Positions 56,118 to 64,000 of a DNA stretch of 64,000 bases are shown piece by piece (the first letter of the stretch is position 1; each line of letters starts with the position of its first letter). Origin of the DNA: Vermamoeba vermiformis (lineage: Eukaryota); the NCBI GenBank assembly GCA_045837725.1, contig JBEWZL010000236.1:62001-126000 (forward strand), in the 5' to 3' direction. The notes beneath the pieces are model-generated. The model saw only the letters and a list, made by a program, of their open reading frames with translations. It was not told the origin of the DNA and made no database searches. The position numbers and the translations under genes are program-made.

Positions 56118-57969
56118 ATGGCGCTCTGTCGTGCGAAGGCCAAGTTTGATTATCAAGCGAGAGGTGCGAATGAGCTGGGCTTCAGCGCAAACGAAGAGAT
56201 TATCGTTTTGAAAAAAGACGATCGTGGTCTGTGGTGGCAAGGCTCGATTGGCAACCGCAAGGGCTGGTTCCCAGTGAGTTATGTGGAGGTCGTAGCTGAC
56301 TTCTCTGCTGGCACCGCAAAGACTCCACCACCTCCATCTCCTCGCAGCACTGAAAACGGCGTGGCACGAACTACTTCCTCTTCTAACATGGTTCCAGGTA
56401 TGCCATTAATTCGGAGAATAATTTGGTTCGCTTGATGACTATACGATTCTTTATCTTAAGAATTTTTTAAAAGCAGTAAATTTCTCGTTTAAATCCGCTA
56501 CGTTAATAATCTCGAACGTAAAGCGTTTAAATCCCGAGATAGCCTCTTTTTAAATTATTTATACTGCGTGTACTTATAATTATCGCCAATACAGCGAGCC
56601 CGCGTCAAGGATTAACGGCGTCATCTGGTGTACCCAAACAACCCACACCTGCGCCCACACCAACACCTGCACCCTCCGTGGAGAAGTCTAGCAAGAGACG
56701 TGGCAGCAATGTTGGTGGTGACAATGATGAGCACCCACCTAAACCCAAAGGAGCTCCACAGAAAGAAAAAGGCAAATCCACCACTTACTTGCGTCTCCAA
56801 GTAGTTGGAGGACGTGGATTTGATCGTAAGTCATCGGCGTTGAAAACGACCATTGTCATTAGATTAATATAATTGCCCGTTATAGCCAAAGGAGAATCTC
56901 AAATATTTATCTCCATGCTGGATCTGCACTCGAACAAAGAACGCAAGTTATTTAATACGGCCAAAGTGACCAAGACTGCAACACCGACCTGGAACGAGGC
57001 TTTTCAAGTGTGAGTACCGCTGCGATGCACTACGTGTGAATCCTTAGTGACATGTATTGCAGCAATGTGCAGGACGCAGAGAGTCAAGTGCTGCTGTTGA
57101 AGCCCAAGAAGCCGAGCATTGAATTCAGATTCCCGCTGCGCAGCTCTGAACGCAATTACGATCACCCGAACTGTCAATACAAGTGGCATCAAGTCACCAT
57201 TCCCGGCACCTCGCAGGTGGTAGAACTGCGCGTGTACATTCAATTCGTTGACACGCGTCAATACGCAGCTCCGACCAACTTCACGCACAACACGCACGTG
57301 GGCTGGACGAGTGGCGGCGGATTTGACATTCGCAACATCCCCCCGCAGTGGAAAGCGCTGTTCGAGAAAGCAGGCATTGCGCAGAAAGATCTCGAGAACC
57401 CCGAGACCGCAGAGATGTTGTACAACGTCGTGGCCAAGTACGAGGCAGACAACGGCGTGTCCATTGCCCCGCCCCCTCCTCCACCACCAGGCCCCACTGC
57501 AGTCAAAGCAGCACCCCCGCCACCACCCACACCAGGCGTCAAGAAAGCACCGCCCCCTCCCACCACACAACGCACCCCACCTCCACCACCCAGTCCGCGC
57601 AACAACGTGCCCCCTCCTCCTTCACGTCAACCCTCCACCACACAGCGCAACAACTACAGCTATCAACAGGAATATCAAGAGGAGTACCAAGAGGAGTATC
57701 AGGAAGAATATCAAGAAGAGTACCAAGAAGAGTATCAAGAGCAGCCCTCGTCAGGCATGTCCTCACTCGCTGCTCAATTAGCCGCTGCCAAGCTCAAGAG
57801 CTCAGCGAACACAGCGTCTTCTTCTGCATCTTCCACCAAGGAATTGACGCCAGAACAAGCCAACAACTTGACGGACTTGCTGTCGCGAGCCATGGACAAA
57901 CGACGTGATTTCCTGGAAGAAGAGGCCCCGAATGAGGACTCGTGGTCTGACTGGGACGATGACAGCTAG
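56118..57969 (+). CDS. WASP-family actin nucleation-promoting factor with SH3-C2-CRIB/GBD-polyPro-VCA architecture (exons 56118-56397, 56595-56825, 56886-57009, 57063-57969)
   Basis: SH3 AKFDY..ELGF..WW.G..GWFP.SYV; C2-like LRLQVVGGRGF..PTWNEAF; GBD PTNFTHNTHVGW..FD..P..WKALF.KAGI; C helix LLSRAMDKRR; acidic tail WSDWDDDS. Confidence 0.88.
57661..57744 (+). repeat. Seven 12-bp units encoding YQ(E/Q)(E/Q)
   Basis: TATCAACAGGAA TATCAAGAGGAG TACCAAGAGGAG TATCAGGAAGAA TATCAAGAAGAG TACCAAGAAGAG TATCAAGAGCAG. Confidence 0.95.
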
Positions 57970-58059
57970 AACCCTTGTATTGTATATATACCTCTCGTAT
58001 TAAATCTATCGTTGTGATCACTTTACAGTTCTATGTACATGATATTGATAACGCGGTCG

Positions 58060-59010
58060 TTACTCATCGAGCACTTCTTTCTCTAATTGATCGCGCAAGT
58101 CTTCAGACACCACTTCAGTCGCAAACAGCTCCCAGTCCACATCCGCACGATTCGTTTCAATCTCGAAGAACTGTCGTCCTGTACAATGGTCAATCAATAG
58201 CTCTTCGTGCATTGTGTTGTGCACGTCACTCACCTGTCAATTTGACACCGCCTTCACTGGAGCTGAGATTGTTGTTGTTGCCCTTGCGTCGTTCAGCATC
58301 AAACTTCTCCTTCCACTGCACGAAGGACTCCATGGTGACGGGGTCGCCATCGCGCTCCTCGACAGTCAAATCGTCCTTCCAGTCAATCTCTTCTTCGTCC
58401 TCTTCGTCGCTGTCCAGCACTTCCTCTTCCTCTTCGTCACTCGCTGTTTTGCGCTGACCTTCACGCTGCACACTCAGATCGGACATGTGTTCCTAGTGCT
58501 AGAGGTGAGTAGCTGTCAGCACGACTCTTCGTACCGCTTACTTGAACATGTTGCGCGAGCAAGTAGATGGAGGGCATGCCAACATTCTGCTCGGCGAGTT
58601 CATTCACTTCTTGCAGCAGTTGTTCGCACAATTTGCTGGTAACAAATGTCTTGCCCTTGATGGTACTCAGTGTAATAATTGGTGCTGTTTGAGGATAAGT
58701 GCCGGATATGTCCACGGTCATAAGTACGCCAACTGTGCGCCAAAATTAGCGCAAATATTTTTAAAAAAAGGTACGTACCTTTGCTCGTATCCTCAGCGTC
58801 AATACTAGGCAGTAAAGTTATTTCGAGATGCTCTGGATCGATTACTGCAGAGAGAATGTTATTGAGGCGCATAGCGACGATAAATGTATTTACCATTGAT
58901 ATGCTCCATGAAGATTGATTGCAATGCTTCAACCTCCATTTGCTAGAATTTAGAAGTTAACACACCGCCTGAAGATCACAAATCTGTACCTTTTCCTCAG
59001 CAGGATCCAT
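58060..59010 (-). CDS. RWDD1: RWD domain protein RWDD1/Gir2 (DRG-partner DFRP2)
   Basis: EVEALQSIF, YPQTAP, AEQNVGMPSIY, GDPVTMESFVQWKEKFDAE, KLTG/RQFFE, VDWELF. Confidence 0.88.
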
Positions 59011-59249
59011 GATGAAATATTCTCTTACACGTGGTAGTAGCTATTGAACCGATGACAAAGAGAAACTGCTCACCAGCAAGTTAACGATCCAAAGAAGCGA
59101 GATTTCGTCACTTTTTTTATCAATTTTATTTTGGCCGCTGAAAATTACTTCGTTCTTCAATCTTCGTCCTGGAACGGTGTCGCGAACTCCTTTTTGTTTG
59201 TCTTGTTTGTCCTCCAACAACACACCTATTTATTTAATAAATAATAAAA

Positions 59250-60191
59250 ATGGCCACCGAAGCTAAAGTCGAAAACACTGAAGTTAAGGTTGAAGATGTT
59301 AAAGTCGATCAACCCGCTACTGAGGATATGCCCGAATTAGAAAACCCCGCTGATGCTGAAGCTCAAGCTAAGGGTGGCAACAAACAAAGCAAGAACGAGA
59401 AGAAGAGCCGAAAGGCTGTTCAAAAATTGGGCTTGAAGCCTGTCACCGGAATCACCAGAGTGACTTTGAAGAAGGGCAAACAAGTAAGTTATAATTATTT
59501 TATTATTGTATCATATCGCGTATTATTGATTTTAACTTTATTAATTCGTTCTGTGATGCTTTAGCATGACAAATAAATTATTACATAATAATAATAATAA
59601 ATTATTATATCCCGACCTGGCTTACTTATTAATTTCTATTAGTACTTGTTTGTCATCAACGACCCTGAGGTTTACAAGAGCCCTGCCGCTGATACTTACA
59701 TTATCTTCGGTGAAGCCAAAATTGAGGATGTTACTAGCACTTTGCGCGATGCTGCCGCCAAGTTCCAAGGTGCTGATGGCAACATCGACCCCAACTTGTT
59801 GGCCAACCTCACTGGTTCTGAAACCGCTGAACCCACCAAGGTAAATATTACTTGGAGAGCATTTCTTCAAGATCGCAGATCCAGGATCTTGATTTATTCA
59901 AAATATTTTTGCCGCGTTTAGTAATCATATATGACCAAATCGCTAACAAATGAATGCAGGTTGAGGAGACTGCTGCCCCCACTTCCGAGGACGAGAAGAA
60001 ATACGAGAAGGAAATCCAATTGGTGTTGGAGCAGGCCCCCAATGCCACCAGACAACAGGCCCTCGCTGCTCTCAAAAAATCCGACGGTGAAATCGTCTCT
60101 GCTATTATGGTACGTGTGATGTGGTGCAAAATAACAATTTTATGATTGACTAATACCTATTTTCTCATAGGAACTCACTATGGGCTCTTAA
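59250..60191 (+). CDS. NACA: Nascent polypeptide-associated complex alpha subunit (4 exons)
   Basis: [54 protein letters not shown], and C-terminal UBA (IVSAIM/ELT). Confidence 0.97.
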
Positions 60192-60571
60192 ATTCTGAGC
60201 TAGTTGTGCGAATTAATAAAAAAAATATTAAAAATTACATAATGAGGATGCATTGGGATTGAACACACTGCGATTTGAAGGGGTATTAATCATGTACATG
60301 CACGAGGGACACTGTGCGTGCTGCCATCCATTTATTGCAGGCTATCATAGCTTTGTTATTACAATGAGCTATTATACTTACAAACTGCCGGCCTTCGCTA
60401 AACTAAAATTAACTGCGCTGCTCCTACGTTATTATTTAATTATTTAGTTACAAAAACGCACCACCACAAAAGCTCCTTCAGATAATCACACGGACTCTAT
60501 TCTCTTTCAACGTTAATAAAGATTTACATAGACACACGCAGTAGTTAAGACTAGACAAAGAGATTAGAGAG

Positions 60572-61813
60572 ATGGAGCAATACCGCCGAGTTGAGAAACA
60601 AAAGGTTGAAGACCAAATTAAGGAAAATGAAATTCGCGTGACCACTCAAGGAAAGATGAGAAGCTTCATTTCCTACGCCACAACTCTGCTTAAGGTATTT
60701 ACACATCCTCAAAATTAGCAAAATTTTTTATCCAAAATTCTTTGTTTGTAAAATTAATAATGTTTATGACTTATGATAATTACACAAATAAATCGTCTAT
60801 TTGTTATTATTTGGTATTAAACACCGACACAAAAATGTTAATCTGCAATTTCAATAGGAAAAAGGATTTTCAGAGATTGTTCTCAAGGCAATGGGGCGTG
60901 CTATCAACAAAACTGTTACAATTGCTGAAATTATCAAGAGAAGAATTCCCAACTTGCACCAAATTACCGAGATCGACTCGACTGATATTACTGACGTGTG
61001 GGAGCCCTTGCAAGAGGGTCTTGATCGGTAAGTCTGCAAACACTAGCCTCGCTTAGCTGTACTGCGACTAACAGCACGCTTCTTCTTCGTATTTGCAGAT
61101 TGGAGATGACACGCCACGTCTCGTCGATTCAGATCCGCTTGTCCACCAAAGAATTGGACACCACTTCACCGGGATATCAACCTCCCTTGCCGCAAGATCA
61201 AGTCAAGCCCGTAGACGAGGAGACTACAGCGGCCTTGGAGATTGAGGTCGGTGAAAAGCCTCGTCGTCGTGGTCGTGGCAGAGGTCGCGGAGGTCGTGGC
61301 GGTCGCGCAGATCGCAGTGAGGAGCACGAGGGCGAAGAGCACACCCCTCCCCCTCCTCGCCGCAACAACAACAACAACACCAATGCTGTGGCCAACGACG
61401 CTGAAGAGACTGGCACTGAAGGTCGCGGTCGTGGTGGCCGTCGACGCCGTGGAAGAGGCAGCCGTGGCACACGTGGAGGAGCACGTGGAGGACTGCAAAT
61501 GACAGGTCTGGAGAATGGCGCACGTGATCAGCACGACGAGCACGCGGAGAGCACAGAACAGAGCTCGCGCGGACGACGAGGCCGAGGCAGAGGTGGTCGC
61601 GGCAGAGGATTTGGTGATCGAGGCCGTGGTGGATTCCGCGGTGACAATGGCGCACGTGCAGAGCAAGGTGAGGGCGAGACAGAGGGGCCCTCATTCCGTC
61701 GCGGTCGTCGAGGAGGACGTGGCGGACGAGGAGGTGTGCGTGGTCGTGGCCGAGGAGCTCGCGGTGGTCACAATGACGCGAACAACAATAAGACTAGCAG
61801 TCCGTATCAATAG
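60572..61813 (+). CDS. Alba-family RNA-binding protein (Rpp25-like) with RGG tail (3 exons)
   Basis: MEQYRRVEK..ENEIRVT..GKMR..ISYA/IVLKAMGRAINKTVTIAEIIKRR..LHQ..WEP..RHVS.I.I.LS..LD...GYQPP, followed by RG/RGG clusters. Confidence 0.92.
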
Positions 61814-61920
61814 CAATAGTAATAATAATAATATTAATGGTGATGACGGTGCGCACTAGAATGTAACACTATCATTGTGGTTGGTGGACCTAAAAAATTG
61901 CAAATATAACAATCGCCTAT

Positions 61921-62843
61921 TTACTGTACAGTACTGTCCCTAGTGTCGTTGTCCAGGGTCTGTGCATAGCGGTGCAGTTGCAGCACAAAGCCGCGATTGG
62001 GTTGCACAGCTGGCCGCACAGCTTTGAGGTGCGCGAGTGCGTGGGCGAGGGACCAGCGCTCACTGTGCATCACTGCTGCCACGCACACTGCTGCGGACCG
62101 AGACACCCCGGCATTGCAGTGCACCACTACCCCTCCTGTGCGCGTGTGAGTGCATTGTGTGGCAGTAGTAGTGTTAGTCACGCACCTGCTTCGCGACCAA
62201 GGCGGATCCACTCCAAACACTGCGGCAACACGGCAAGCAGATCTGTCTCGTCCACATCAAGCACTGGCACTGTGAGGTACTTAAAGAGCTAAATTGTAGC
62301 ATTAGCACGAGTCAAGAGCAGTGCTAGTACTGCACCTCTGGGAAGAGCGGCTGCAGATCTGGCACCAAGTTGAGTACGTGCGTGATGCCGAGCTGTTGTA
62401 ACTGCTGCGCATCGGTAACACAGTCTTGACTGCCTAGTGGTAGCATCTATTGTAATTATATATCGATGGGCAGAAGGTGCTGTGCTCACCGATAAAGAGG
62501 CCTGGCAACACCTTGTAACACAGCGGATCTGGCTTGCTGGAGGCGTGTTAATAGGTCCTTATAATACAACAGTGCTCTATTAATTACGTGTCTATAACAT
62601 AGCCATGACTCGCGCCTTCTTCCACGACACTGTCCCCATCCATGACAACGCTGCACCAGTTAACAATGCCCAGCAGCACTCAGCACGCACTACGTACCTC
62701 TTGCCGCTCTGATAAGTGATGCGCGTCTGTTGGTGCTTCAGTTGGGACTGGGCGAAGTCTTTGAGCTGTTCTGCCAGCGACGCAGCTGACACCTCCTTGA
62801 CTGTAAATGTCGGGGGTGCTGGACACGCATGATTGTGTTGCAT
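61921..62843 (-). CDS. DUSP19: Atypical dual-specificity phosphatase, DUSP19-like
   Basis: LAEQLKDFAQSQLKHQQTRITYQSGKR resembles the DUSP19 N-terminus. Also VHCNAGVSRSA and RPAVQPNRGF. Confidence 0.8.
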
Positions 62844-63063
62844 GCTAGTAGTAGTAGTGGTAGTGGTAGTGTTGTGCACTCAATAATAATAAATTATACT
62901 ATAGAACGGGTGTTGTGTGCCTCATACCAGGGCAGGGAAATTTAGCTTCCATTTCGCGTGAAAATAAGAACCACGCCCTCGCTTGCACGCACTACCACAA
63001 CTGGACGAGAAAACTCGATTGTAGCTGCATTCGTGAGCGCACTAGCACCAGTCACTGTTGTCT

Positions 63064-64000
63064 ATGAGCTCTCGCAACTCGGTAACATTGGAATTGTTAA
63101 TTTTTCGTAATTTTTTAATGCTCGAAATTAAATGATTGCGACAATATATAATTGCACTGATCATTTAAATAATTGTAATGATACTAATAATTAATTTATT
63201 TTCTTAGGATTACAAATCCGGTTTATTTCGCGATCTAAGCACCATGAACACTAATAATACAAACACTCCACCTCCACCCTATGTAAATACAAATCCACTC
63301 GCGCAGTCCGCGAATGGTCCTATATACACCATGTCCTATCTGCACCTGTCCTCACTGCGCGACAGTATCGATGAAGATCCAACCCCGCTCTATCCACAGC
63401 TGCAACAGCCACGCACGAGCACATCACCGCCACACTCCGCAGCACCCACGCAGTACTACACCGTCACTACGCGCAGTGCTGACCACTATCAGCCCCCGCC
63501 ACCGCGACCAGATCTGCCCCCGCTGTACAGTCACGTGCTGCAGAGCGGTGCCCCGAGTGTGTTGAGCACGCAGTATCAGCAGTACTTGACGCACTATCAG
63601 CACCAGCAGAACGTGCTGCACGCGCACTCAGTCGACGAGCACCTCAAGGCCCTGCAGCGCGAGGCCAAGTTCCGCAAGTTCCAGCAAGAGCAGATTGAAG
63701 AGATGCGCCGCATTGAACTCGCGCACGAGGCACGCAAGCGACAGTTGAGCGAAGAGCACAAGAAACAAGCGCAGCACAAGGGCAAAGAACTCGCGATACG
63801 GTGCAGCGAGACACAACTCGCGGACTTCAAGCGCGAGGCTCAGCACGTGATCGAAGCGTACCACAAGTGCGACACAGCCTCGACACCGCTGTGGCAGCTG
63901 ACTGCATTCACGGTGACTGCAGCTGAGGACCGATTGGCCACGCTGTACAGCAGTCGCGGACACTTCGACGCCAATCACCCGAGGTACGTAGCTGTCATTC
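63064..64000 (+). CDS. Partial uncharacterised protein (Pro/Tyr-rich N-terminus, coiled coil); continues beyond the window
   Basis: Exon MSSRNS followed by a GT donor, an AT-rich intron, then an open frame from ~63208 (DYKSGLF...) to a GTACGT donor near 63984. Confidence 0.65.

Overview
Eukaryotic, very gene-dense nuclear DNA with many short spliceosomal introns (mostly ~45-65 nt; first introns longer and AT-rich). It comes from a compact protist genome, which I infer is amoebozoan-like. I hand-assembled about 30 spliced protein-coding genes. Recognisable genes: SUB1/PC4, MED10, NDUFA4-like, Rieske UQCRFS1, mitochondrial LysRS, AASDH, VAP, WDR59, COQ2, UNG, MDC1, NDC1, RRP12, ASNSD1, eIF3c, RWDD1, NACA, Alba/RPP25-like and DUSP19. 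Family-level calls: a Kelch-BTB protein, an AKAP7-like 2H phosphoesterase, a peptidase-S74 membrane protein, an M14 carboxypeptidase, an aKMT/FAM173-like methyltransferase, a giant ER/K helical protein, a bromo-like/PHD/chromo reader, a PIP-box DUSP, a CLASP-like protein, an SH3-C2-WASP and one partial gene. A CpG-poor, partly low-quality DNA-transposon remnant lies at ~50.0-52.3 kb. The highlights are: (1) a MYRF-like self-cleaving, membrane-tethered putative transcription factor with an unrecognised N-terminal domain; (2) a WASP-type Arp2/3 activator whose WH1 is replaced by SH3+C2; (3) a complete MDC1 with 14 TQxY motifs, in a four-gene genome-maintenance run that includes a DUSP with PIP-box-like motifs at both ends. 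I saw no rRNA, tRNA or CRISPR array. Gene models and family calls come from manual reading and recalled motifs, not database searches.
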